This document shows, one piece after another, positions 9,403-18,975 of a DNA stretch of 64,000 nucleotides. The position numbers were made by a program, and so were the translations under genes. Positions within the stretch are counted from its first letter, which is position 1. The number at the start of each line of letters is the position of its first letter. The stretch comes from Promethearchaeota archaeon (GTDB taxonomy: Archaea > Asgardarchaeota > Lokiarchaeia > Sigyniarchaeales > SOKP01): assembly GCA_048941285.1 (NCBI GenBank), contig JBHLNS010000008.1, positions 37,361 through 101,360 on the forward strand. The letters run 5' to 3'. The notes below the pieces were generated by a model, which saw only the letters and a list, made by a program, of their open reading frames with translations, did no database searches and was not told the origin of the DNA.

Positions 9403-10512
9403 TTAAATTCTTCTTCTTCTCCAAAGAAAAATAGCTATAGCGATAATTAATCCAATTGAACCTAAAACAATTCCTAAAATAAGGAAATTAAACTCAACCG
9501 TCCAGATCTCGTAAAGTAAACTAGATAATAAATTTAGTATTTCTAAAGTTTTAAAAGCATAAAAACAAGAGACAACAGAAGAGATTTTTGGTTGAAATTC
9601 TCCAGTATTCTCGAAAAATCCGCCATCCTCGAAATTTTGGTGTTTTAATACCCATAATTGTATTTCACGATTATTTAAAATATTATTATCAATTATTGAA
9701 ATTGCTTTTACACAATAATATGTACTACTTAATAATGCATTTCCAGCTAATTCATTAGGAAGAAATCCTCCATAATTGTGTAAATCGGCAGAATTATTAA
9801 CATAAAAAGACTTTAGATATGCTAATGTGCTATCAATATTAATTAAATCATGAATATCTCCAAACCTTTCATCATCTAGAATAAATACTGCAAAACTTGT
9901 ATCAAGATATGTAGATAATGAGGTTTCATTCCCTCCATATCCACCATCAGGATTATTGCATGAAAGAACCCAATTTTTATGAATTGATACATTTAAAATA
10001 GGTTGTTCTATTAGCGCGTAAATTTGTATGGCATAAAACGTTGAACTTATGGTTGGTAAACCAGTTGTGTTTGAAAAAGAAAAACCCCCACTTATTTGAG
10101 CAATATTATTTAGATAGTTATAAATTCTATTTGATAGACTTGAGTCAATGGTGTACTCTAATAGATTTAGTGAATTTAATAGATAATATAAGTTATATAT
10201 ATTTATTCGAGTACTATCAAACATGTCTTCAATTTTTCCTTCTAAATGAGTCTCTAAAGTGTCATCACTTTTGGGATTTCTTCCCAAATTATTTAATAAA
10301 TACAAAGCATAAGCTGTTGCTTCAAAAGAAACTAAATCACCACTAGGATCATCCATAATGGCATTGGAAAAGCCTCTTCCTTCAATTTCAGTATCTAATA
10401 TAAAATCTGCTAAATATGATTGGCGTGTTTTTCCTAATACGTTCGGAATTGTATTTACTGTGAAAAATAATATGAGCGTAATTATGATAAAATTCCGATA
10501 TTTATATTTCAA
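9403..10512 (-). CDS. Membrane-anchored, probably extracellular prenyltransferase/squalene-cyclase repeat protein
   Basis: Signal-like N-terminus; repeats WVLSCNNPDGGYG, WVLKHQNFEDGGF, QISGGFS; C-terminal TM helix followed by RRRR. Confidence 0.7.
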   Translation of the reverse strand: MKYKYRNFIIITLILFFTVNTIPNVLGKTRQSYLADFILDTEIEGRGFSNAIMDDPSGDLVSFEATAYALYLLNNLGRNPKSDDTLETHLEGKIEDMFDSTRINIYNLYYLLNSLNLLEYTIDSSLSNRIYNYLNNIAQISGGFSFSNTTGLPTISSTFYAIQIYALIEQPILNVSIHKNWVLSCNNPDGGYGGNETSLSTYLDTSFAVFILDDERFGDIHDLINIDSTLAYLKSFYVNNSADLHNYGGFLPNELAGNALLSSTYYCVKAISIIDNNILNNREIQLWVLKHQNFEDGGFFENTGEFQPKISSVVSCFYAFKTLEILNLLSSLLYEIWTVEFNFLILGIVLGSIGLIIAIAIFLWRRRRI

Positions 10513-10669
10513 TTAAAAGTACCTGATTCTGATTGATTAAAATTTAATTTGTTAAATATATCTTGAAATTAAAAATTAACTATATGTTTAATGAACTTAA
10601 AGTGATATTTCAATTTTTTACTATTTATATAGAGTTATAAATTAAAAAACTGATATTTTAAACATTTAG

Positions 10670-12190
10670 TTAAAGAATTTCACTAATATCTCTATATAAT
10701 AATTCTCTATTAACTTGAAATTGATCATATGTGATAAAGAGTTTTCGAAAGGATCCTAAACTTCCAAGTATTGCCGCTCCATTAAAAATAGCATATTGAA
10801 GATTATCGGGTATAAAAAATTTGAGTACTTTGCTTGCTGATTTAATCGATTCAGAGAATTCCTGGGCTGGTGATTTTTCTTTTAACTTTTTTGGTAGATT
10901 ACTTGTCTCTAAAGTTTCTATTGGTTTTCCACAATATGGGCAAAATAGTGATTCTGAGTCAGGAAGATCCTTACTGCAATAGGGGCATTTTACTACTTTG
11001 ATCTTTTGTTTACTATCATCTATTTCACCAATCTTAATCTCTGGTAAGACTAATACTCCTCCACATGAGGGACATACATTTTTTCCATCACTGAGATCTA
11101 TAAATGCTCCACAGTGAGGGCAAGTATCCTCTTTCTTTTTTGAAATTTCAACGGCTTGGAGCTTGATTAGTTCGCTTTTAACAGCAGAAAGAGGTGTGAC
11201 TGGTTTTGGAATAGATCCTAATTCAGGAAGTCCTAATTCTAACTCTGTTTCAAAGCGTTCTTGAAAGCCAGAATAGGAAAGATTGCCTCCTGAAAAAACT
11301 ATATGAGATAAAAGATCATACCAATATAAACTATCTATATTTCTCAAACTAGCGATAATCGCTTGAGGGATATTCATAACATTACTGTAACCTAGCATTG
11401 CAGGATTGAATAATACTTCCGGAGCTTGATAAAGAATGTAAGTTGGAACCTTTATTGTTGAACCATCAGGCATTGGAACACTAAACATATCTCCTGTCTT
11501 CATAGACTTATTGGCGTCTAAAACAAAATAACAATTCTTCTCTTTAATTTCTTGTAAAATTTCATCTGCGGCACTAGATGCGATACTAACACCTTCTCTC
11601 ATTAAAAGGCTTTTTAAATTTTGATTTACATCAATTCCAGCAAGAGGAAGCTTCTGAACTGCATGTTGAACAATTGTCCCGTTTATTATTGGGGCAATCC
11701 AAGTTAAACCATCTCCCGATTCGATAACCATACCTGTTGTTAGACCAACACTAAATAAGGATAGTAGCGGTGTTGGCATCATTATCAGACTGTTAACTCG
11801 GTGGGTTTCAAAGAAAACTCTAGCAATGTATTCTTTTGTTTCTTTATGCATAAAAGGAGATTCGCAATAGAACACTGGATATTGAGAAAGATCTTCAATT
11901 CTAAGTAGTGAATAAAAAATGTAATTCAATATTTCATAATAGCTATCCCAATCCATGATATTACCTCTTTCGATTGGATGTTTAATTTTTAGTACACCCC
12001 GCATTCGAGAAACATCATTTCCAACATATATACTACGAGCACTTACATCAACCATAACAGATTTATATTTCTCAGTGCCAGTAATACAAGGAAACACAAA
12101 TCTTGGTCCAGGTTCTCCTGCAAATCCGATTTTGACGTATGCTGATCCCATATCAATTATGATAGGTGTTCCAGGTAAAGGCAGTGCCAT
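10670..12190 (-). CDS. Actin-family protein (Asgard actin-related) with inserted double zinc ribbons
   Basis: IIDMGSAYVKIGFAG, HPIERGNIMDWD, ESGDG, EIKEK, PDGSTI, PEVLFNP, IVFSGGN, GAAILGSL; insert with CPHC/CPSC/CPYC/CPYC. Confidence 0.92.
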   Translation of the reverse strand: MALPLPGTPIIIDMGSAYVKIGFAGEPGPRFVFPCITGTEKYKSVMVDVSARSIYVGNDVSRMRGVLKIKHPIERGNIMDWDSYYEILNYIFYSLLRIEDLSQYPVFYCESPFMHKETKEYIARVFFETHRVNSLIMMPTPLLSLFSVGLTTGMVIESGDGLTWIAPIINGTIVQHAVQKLPLAGIDVNQNLKSLLMREGVSIASSAADEILQEIKEKNCYFVLDANKSMKTGDMFSVPMPDGSTIKVPTYILYQAPEVLFNPAMLGYSNVMNIPQAIIASLRNIDSLYWYDLLSHIVFSGGNLSYSGFQERFETELELGLPELGSIPKPVTPLSAVKSELIKLQAVEISKKKEDTCPHCGAFIDLSDGKNVCPSCGGVLVLPEIKIGEIDDSKQKIKVVKCPYCSKDLPDSESLFCPYCGKPIETLETSNLPKKLKEKSPAQEFSESIKSASKVLKFFIPDNLQYAIFNGAAILGSLGSFRKLFITYDQFQVNRELLYRDISEIL

Positions 12191-12289
12191 TTTTTATCAC
12201 TATTTTTTTTTTATTTTTTTTTTAATAATAATCTAAATTTATGATTTTTATAATTACTTTATAGAATTTAAAAATAAGAATTCTTTTAA

Positions 12290-12715
12290 TTATTTTTTTA
12301 TATATTTAAGCAGAGTTTTGAGGATCTCTTTTTGCATAACTAATCCAATAAGTTCATTATTTTCATTTATAACAGGTAATCGTTGTACTTTTTTATTGAA
12401 CATTATCTCTAAAACATAAATTAATGTGTCATTTTCTTTTACAACGAAAGGTTCTGGAGTCATTAAGTCCTTGACAAGTGTATTAGGTGAGTCTAGACTC
12501 ATCGCAAATCTTGCAAGACGTATATCTCTCTGTGTAATTATTCCAATTAATTTCTTATCCTTGCGATCCTTAACAATTGGAAGGCCTCCAATATTTTTTC
12601 TAATCATTAATAGTTCAGTAGCACTAATTTTTTCATTTGGAAATGAATATAGCGGATCTTTTATCATTATCTCAGATACTTTTATATTACCTAATTTTTT
12701 TAAGCAATCTTCCAT
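12290..12715 (-). CDS. CBS-domain pair protein
   Basis: KVSEIM, GGLPIV, GIITQRDI, VKDLMT, RLPVI. Confidence 0.9.
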   Translation of the reverse strand: MEDCLKKLGNIKVSEIMIKDPLYSFPNEKISATELLMIRKNIGGLPIVKDRKDKKLIGIITQRDIRLARFAMSLDSPNTLVKDLMTPEPFVVKENDTLIYVLEIMFNKKVQRLPVINENNELIGLVMQKEILKTLLKYIKK

Positions 12716-12806
12716 CTTAATACCCCAAATTCGACTTAATTATTCAAAAATCTTTATTAGAAGTTTTTTATGGAAAGTAATCAATATGAAAATTAAAGTT
12801 TAATTA

Positions 12807-13187
12807 TCAGTTCCTACTTATTGATTCTCCTAAATTTTTCTCAATGATTATTAGCTGTTTTAGATATTCCTTATATATTTTTAAGAGGTATTCGCCCCAA
12901 TTATTTAATTTAACCCAACCTCCTCCCCCGCGACCTCCTTTACCAGTTTTTACAACAGACATACCAGTTCTTTTTTCTATTCTTTTCAAAATATTCCATG
13001 CATATTTGTAAGAATAACCACATTCCTTAGCGGCTAAAGTGAGGGATCCATCTTCATTTTTTTCTATTCTGTCTAGCAATTCAGCCCATCCTGATCCTAA
13101 AATACTTTTATTATCAAATTCTAACCAAAATTTTATACCAAAACCTACTTTTGACTTTAAACTTTCAATATTGGATTGATTTTCCAT
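12807..13187 (-). CDS. ModE N-terminal-like winged-helix regulator (stand-alone)
   Basis: GSLTLAAKECGYSYKYAW and GGRGGGG match the ModE DNA-binding domain; no TOBE domains. Confidence 0.8.
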   Translation of the reverse strand: MENQSNIESLKSKVGFGIKFWLEFDNKSILGSGWAELLDRIEKNEDGSLTLAAKECGYSYKYAWNILKRIEKRTGMSVVKTGKGGRGGGGWVKLNNWGEYLLKIYKEYLKQLIIIEKNLGESISRN

Positions 13188-13299
13188 ACTAATATTATTG
13201 GTTTTTTAATGATTTAATAATTTCTTTTATATCAGAAAAGAAAAACATAAATGTTAAGCTCTTTTTATCTCTTTAGTTATATAGATTAAAATATAGATT

Positions 13300-14061
13300 A
13301 TGTTTTTTTCGAGTGGAGAATCTGAAAAAAAGGGGAGAGAAGTTTTAAAAAATCTTTATTATTTTTCAGAAAGTCAAATGTTAGATTGCAATCAATATAT
13401 CATACAAGATTTAGGAACTAAAGAACTAGCTTTATTTGATACAGGTAATGGAATTTCTCTCAAAGGTTTATTTAAAGGTATGGCAAAACACAATCTTGAA
13501 CCTTCCAATATAACAAAAGTCTTCTTAACTCATGAGCATGTAGATCATACTCTAGGACTTTATCCATTAATTAAATTAATGGCTGATAACCCTCCTCAGA
13601 TTTATGCTTACGGTGAAACTACTAAAATATTAAGAGAGGGAGATGTAAGTAGAATATTTCCTGGAAATCTTGGCATCAAACCAAGCATGTTTGGAGTGGA
13701 AATTATTCCATTGAAAGTGATAAATTTAGAAAAGACTAATAAAGTTAGAATATCTTCTGAATTTGAGTTTCAAATTCATTATACTCCGGGACATTCTTTA
13801 GGATCAATATGTTATTATGAATCTGCTAAAAAGATTTTAATTCCTGGAGATTTAATTTTTCAAATGGATAAATTTTATAATATTGGGAGTTTTGGTCGTT
13901 ATGATTTTCCAGGAGGATCATTAAATGCTTTGAAAAAATCGATTAAATACATTGCAGAATTTGATGTTTCGATTTTACTTCCTGGTCATATGGGCATTGT
14001 CTTGGAAAACGCAAACCAGCATATCGCAGCAGCTTATAAAACTATACAGACACTTCGATAA
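13300..14061 (+). CDS. Metallo-beta-lactamase-fold hydrolase
   Basis: FDTG, THEHVDH, TPGHSLGS, GDL, LPGH. Confidence 0.9.
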   Translation: MFFSSGESEKKGREVLKNLYYFSESQMLDCNQYIIQDLGTKELALFDTGNGISLKGLFKGMAKHNLEPSNITKVFLTHEHVDHTLGLYPLIKLMADNPPQIYAYGETTKILREGDVSRIFPGNLGIKPSMFGVEIIPLKVINLEKTNKVRISSEFEFQIHYTPGHSLGSICYYESAKKILIPGDLIFQMDKFYNIGSFGRYDFPGGSLNALKKSIKYIAEFDVSILLPGHMGIVLENANQHIAAAYKTIQTLR

Positions 14062-14216
14062 TAGAATCATGCACTCAATGCATAAAATGATAACACTCAC
14101 CATTAATATTCTGCTTTTAAATTAATTCTCCAAGATACTAATATTTAAATAACCCTTCAATCTATTATCTTTATAATCTACCTTAAAATTTAAAAAAAAA
14201 AAAGTGAAAATATATT

Positions 14217-14885
14217 ATGTCCGAACAAAAAAAACAAGTTAAGCACCCAACTGAAATTTTTATTCGTTCTTATCCAAAAATAATCTTTTTCTATCCATTA
14301 TTAGTTACATCCTTGATTCTCTGGCTGATTCAGATGTTCATAGCCCCAAATAATGTTTTAGGATATATTTGGTTTATAGTATTTTTTGTAAATATTTTTG
14401 TAACCGCATTTGATTTCTCTTCGACTAAATTCTTCGTCTTAATTTTGGCCATAGTAATCGTTGTCTTAATTGTTGCTTTCTTAGTCCTTCCGAATGTTAC
14501 AATTTCGCTTATAGGAATTAGTCTTGATCTGGCATTGCCTTGGGAGTTCTATATGTTAATGACTTTAATATTAGGATTTATCTTGGGAATTATATTCATA
14601 AGTACGAGATTTGATTATTATAAAATAGAAAGAAATGAAATAATCCATAAAAATGGTATTTTTAGTTCAGCTGAACGATTCCCAGTAAAAAGCCTAAGAT
14701 TTAAAAAAGAGATTCCTGATGTATTTGAATTTTTTATGTTGCGTGCTGGGCGATTGACTATAATGCCTGGAAAAGCTGATGAAGTAATGATCTTACCCAC
14801 AGTCTTAAATATTAATAAAAGGGAAGAGCAACTTGATTGGTTGCTTTCTCACGTGTCTGTTGAACCAGATGAAATAGATCAATAA
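14217..14885 (+). CDS. Hypothetical multi-pass membrane protein with soluble C-terminal domain
   Basis: About 4 hydrophobic segments, then a beta-rich tail (HKNGIF...GRLTI) reminiscent of bacterial PH domains. Confidence 0.65.
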   Translation: MSEQKKQVKHPTEIFIRSYPKIIFFYPLLVTSLILWLIQMFIAPNNVLGYIWFIVFFVNIFVTAFDFSSTKFFVLILAIVIVVLIVAFLVLPNVTISLIGISLDLALPWEFYMLMTLILGFILGIIFISTRFDYYKIERNEIIHKNGIFSSAERFPVKSLRFKKEIPDVFEFFMLRAGRLTIMPGKADEVMILPTVLNINKREEQLDWLLSHVSVEPDEIDQ

Positions 14886-14985
14886 AATTAGAAATAATAC
14901 ATATTCTTTTTTTTTAATTTTTTATCCTTTTTCTAAAATTAACATAGATAAATTTAATTTGTAAATAGCACTTTAAAATACAGTT

Positions 14986-15711
14986 ATGTCTCATCCACCC
15001 ATTTTGTTATTTGATTTTGATGGTGTTGTTATAACTCAAAAATCTCTGGAATATACGGCATCCAAATTAATAAAAAATGATTTTTATGGATGGAAAAATA
15101 TTCAGAATATGAGATTAATAGATTTTGCTAGACTTATTGAGGAATCCGACTCCAAAAATCAATTGGCAGCTCTAAAAAGAATTAACAAAGCATATAAGCC
15201 ATATATTCCAAGTATATGGAAAAGAAATCTATTTTTCATTAAATTCAGGCGTATGTATCCTATGCTTGAAAAGTATGAGATATTAAAACCTAATCTAGAA
15301 CTAATTTTAAACCACCTTAAAAGGAACAATTTTCAATTAGGAATTGTCTCTAATACAAGTAAAAATAGATTAGATTTTTTTCGAAAGAAATTTAATTTAG
15401 ATAAGTATTTTTCTGTCTTTATCTCTCGTGATGATTCTCCATTAAGGAAACCTAACCCATACCCAATTATAGTAGCATTAATTAAAATTAAGAAAAATTT
15501 TAATTATTCAATAAATAAGAACAATGTGTATTATATCGGTGATCTTCCAGCAGATATAGAATGTGCTAGGAACGCAGGTATCAAAAGTATTGCTTTACTT
15601 TCTGGTCATGGCAGAAAGGGTGATTTAGAAAAATCGAATCCAACTTATTTGATTCCAAATATTAAGAACATTTTAGAAATTGATTATTTCAAAAAATTCT
15701 TATTGAATTGA
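14986..15711 (+). CDS. HAD-family hydrolase (phosphoglycolate phosphatase-like)
   Basis: FDFDG, VSN, KPNP, YIGDLPADI. Confidence 0.9.
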   Translation: MSHPPILLFDFDGVVITQKSLEYTASKLIKNDFYGWKNIQNMRLIDFARLIEESDSKNQLAALKRINKAYKPYIPSIWKRNLFFIKFRRMYPMLEKYEILKPNLELILNHLKRNNFQLGIVSNTSKNRLDFFRKKFNLDKYFSVFISRDDSPLRKPNPYPIIVALIKIKKNFNYSINKNNVYYIGDLPADIECARNAGIKSIALLSGHGRKGDLEKSNPTYLIPNIKNILEIDYFKKFLLN

Positions 15712-15730
15712 ACACTTTTTAACATTAAAT

Positions 15731-18460
15731 ATGTTTAATCTTGAAGAATTTAAGGATAGCTTAATTCTTGAAAAAGTTGATAAGCTAAATAAATACTTTT
15801 TTAAGAAAAAATCTGATAAAATATCTAAAATACTCAAAGAATTTTTAGCTTTATTAGATCAACAAGAATATGTTGTACCAATTACATATATTTTAAGTAT
15901 TATAGCAGAAAAGGAAATAGAACTTATTTCTGAAGGATTAATAGAAAGAATTGAGGTTTTTTTCAACTCTGAGAATACTAAACTAAGGATTAACTCACTA
16001 ATTATTATTGGATTTTTTATACAAGCAAATCCAAATTATATTAAAAAATATTTTCAAGAATTCGTAAAATTCCTATTAGATGATTTTGAGGATGTTAGAA
16101 ATAATATTCACTACTTTCTGCCAAAATTGGTTGAATTAAAACCTGAATTAGCAAAAGATAATATAGATATCATCTTACAGAGTTTTGAAATTGAACAAAA
16201 CAATGATAATCTTATTTCTTTATTAAAATTATTGCTTAAATGTGAAATTCTTGAATTTGATCAGTTATATACTATTAAAAATATTTTAAAATCAATTCTT
16301 AACATAATTGAAATCAAAGAAAACTCTAAATTATTTAGAGAAGTAATAAATATAATAAAAAAGGTATATTCAGAGCTCGTTAAACTCGATTTGGAGAAAG
16401 AAGGTGCTGGAATAATCATAAACTTATTAGAAAATCAATTTTTAATGAAAAAAACAAATTTTACTGAAGTAGGTAGAAAAACTGGGATACAATTAAAAGA
16501 CTATTTAAAGAAATTTGTAAAATCTAAGTTAAAGGATAAAAAAATCTTTTTTTATATTAAAACAAAAGAAAATTTGATATATATTTATGAATTAGAAAAA
16601 AGCAAATTAAAAAGATTCTTTGAGCAGAAAATTAAAATATCAGATGAGCTTATCAAGAAAACTTTTTCGCAAGTTATAGATAATGGCTCAGAATTAAAAA
16701 TTTTTATCAAAACGTTAAATAACTTAAAATTAATTGATGGTTATTATTCTAACATTGGATTTTTTTATCCAACTATTTATATAAAGTCAATGTTATTAGA
16801 AGATTTACAAACAAATGGAGCTATAAGCATAAAAAAGTTCAATTTTCTTCCACATAATTTTATTGAAAGAATCATTAAAGATATTTCCAAGGTTACCAAT
16901 CAAAAATTTTTAAGACATAAAGATAAAGAAACTTATATATCTTTAAAAAAAGTTAAAGATCAAATTAATTCTGAAGCAGCAAAAAAAAGTGTTATAGAAT
17001 TACGACAATATCGTGAGATTTTATTTGATGAAGATTTCATAAAATTGATAAAAAATATGCCTAGAGCGTTTTTATCAGAATTTCATAAAGGAACACAGTG
17101 GTTAACTAATCTAGGGTCACAAAAAATTAGTAATGAGATCCAAAATTCTAAAATAGTTGGTTATTTTAACATTTCTAAAGTATCTGATAAATTAAATATA
17201 GCAGAGCTTCTATTATTAGACGTTTTTGAACAATTTGTAGATTATAGAAGTGGGATTTGGAATAGAGAAAAAAATATCTTTTATTATTCAAAGTATTTAA
17301 AAGAAAAAATCGATCAAATTAGTTTAGTTTCTGATGAACATGAAAAATTGCAGCAAATTGAAGTGATCTCTACAGAACTTAATATTGATAAGAATCATAT
17401 TTTATCCAAAATAGATGAAAATTTACAATTGATTGCAGAAGAAATAAAACAGAAAGATCAAATAATATTAAGTGAATACCTCCAAAAAACAGGGATGGAA
17501 TTAGATGATTTTTTGACATTTATTGATGATTTAGATATTCATTACTTCAGAAAGGCGGATTTATTAATTTTTAATACTCAGAAAATTGATGAGGCAAAAA
17601 ATGAAATAAAATATATGTTAATTGATAAGTCTAAATCAGAGGATTATATACCACTAGGAACAATGAAATTTATTCAATCAACTCTGATTGAAGATTTAAT
17701 GAAGGAATTACTACAAGATGGAAAGTTAAAAGGCATTTTTCATGAAGAGGAAGGAGAACTCATTTTTTATACGGAACGAGGAATCGGTAAGTTGATGCTA
17801 GAAAATAGCTTACTTTTTTCATTTCATGATTTATTTTATGGTAAGGAATTAAATCAAGAAGAAATTGATTTATTGAAGGGAATATTTGAAGATTTAATTA
17901 AAAGTAGAGTTATCAAAGGAGATTTTGATGAGGAAACGTTAACTTTTTCTAGTGATGAAGTATTATTTGCGAAAGATTACAATATTGTTTTATCGGAATT
18001 TGAAAAAATGGTAGAAAATTATATTAAGAATTTTGAAATTGAATTCCAAAAGATCAAAAAAATTCTTATTAAGAGAGAAGAAACAATTTTTCCACAAGAG
18101 ATAAAGTATATTCAAGATATTATTGACAAAATTAATGAGAAATATATTAATTGGAGAAGTGGTTTAGAAGCTTTTATACGTAGAACTAATAAAAAGTTAT
18201 TAAGAGATCAAGGTATTAGCGTAAGACAATATAAAACCATTCTCTCAAAAGAAAAAAAAGAAGAAATAAAATCATTAGAGCAAGATCCCGAAGTACATGA
18301 GCTTTTAAATAAATTTAATAATTGGGTAAAAAGATATAATAAAATTGAATTAAAATATCCAAATATAATATTTTACCAAAAAAGATTGATGAATAATCCA
18401 GAAGACAGGGAGTCTAATACTAAATTAATAGAATTATTAGATGAATTAGAGTTAAAATAG
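15731..18460 (+). CDS. Large helical protein with N-terminal HEAT-like repeats, tandem winged-helix/PCI-like units and a C-terminal coiled coil
   Basis: 909-aa ORF; HEAT-like LLDDFEDVRNN; repeated wH-like units such as LMKELLQDGKLKGIF and FEDLIKSRVIKGDFD. Confidence 0.6.
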   Translation: MFNLEEFKDSLILEKVDKLNKYFFKKKSDKISKILKEFLALLDQQEYVVPITYILSIIAEKEIELISEGLIERIEVFFNSENTKLRINSLIIIGFFIQANPNYIKKYFQEFVKFLLDDFEDVRNNIHYFLPKLVELKPELAKDNIDIILQSFEIEQNNDNLISLLKLLLKCEILEFDQLYTIKNILKSILNIIEIKENSKLFREVINIIKKVYSELVKLDLEKEGAGIIINLLENQFLMKKTNFTEVGRKTGIQLKDYLKKFVKSKLKDKKIFFYIKTKENLIYIYELEKSKLKRFFEQKIKISDELIKKTFSQVIDNGSELKIFIKTLNNLKLIDGYYSNIGFFYPTIYIKSMLLEDLQTNGAISIKKFNFLPHNFIERIIKDISKVTNQKFLRHKDKETYISLKKVKDQINSEAAKKSVIELRQYREILFDEDFIKLIKNMPRAFLSEFHKGTQWLTNLGSQKISNEIQNSKIVGYFNISKVSDKLNIAELLLLDVFEQFVDYRSGIWNREKNIFYYSKYLKEKIDQISLVSDEHEKLQQIEVISTELNIDKNHILSKIDENLQLIAEEIKQKDQIILSEYLQKTGMELDDFLTFIDDLDIHYFRKADLLIFNTQKIDEAKNEIKYMLIDKSKSEDYIPLGTMKFIQSTLIEDLMKELLQDGKLKGIFHEEEGELIFYTERGIGKLMLENSLLFSFHDLFYGKELNQEEIDLLKGIFEDLIKSRVIKGDFDEETLTFSSDEVLFAKDYNIVLSEFEKMVENYIKNFEIEFQKIKKILIKREETIFPQEIKYIQDIIDKINEKYINWRSGLEAFIRRTNKKLLRDQGISVRQYKTILSKEKKEEIKSLEQDPEVHELLNKFNNWVKRYNKIELKYPNIIFYQKRLMNNPEDRESNTKLIELLDELELK

Positions 18461-18467
18461 GTCATTT

Positions 18468-18749
18468 TTATTTTCTTTTACCGTTATTAGCAAGAAAATC
18501 GTCTACATCAATTTTTTCTCTTGAAATAATTTTATAAGTTTTTGGATTAGTGATCCCGTTCAACCTTAAAATTCCTTGATCTTCAAGATATTTCAAAGCT
18601 CTCCAAATAAAATTAATTTTAGATCGATTTGAAGATTTAATATTATTACATCTTCTTATTCTTTTAGCATTTACAATAGTTACATTGTTATCAATTAATT
18701 TATTAATCGCTTCTACTGTTTCTTTTAAATTCTTCTGAAAAAAATCCAT
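18468..18749 (-). CDS. Small winged-helix DNA-binding-like protein
   Basis: IWRALKYLEDQGILRL..PKTYKI recognition helix and wing. Confidence 0.6.
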   Translation of the reverse strand: MDFFQKNLKETVEAINKLIDNNVTIVNAKRIRRCNNIKSSNRSKINFIWRALKYLEDQGILRLNGITNPKTYKIISREKIDVDDFLANNGKRK

Positions 18750-18975
18750 ATTTAAAGCGAACCCTCAAATTAAAAGTTAATTACTAGTACTCTCCTCAAT
18801 TAAAATAATAATTAAAAAAGTTAAATTGACATTGCTTAAGTATTATAAAATTATATTTAGAAGTTTATATAGTTTTTGCATGTAAAGAGACTGAGCCTCA
18901 AAACTTTAACTCATCGAAATATTGAATAGAATAGACAATTTAATTTAATAGAAGTTAACTCATTTATTTTTTGGA

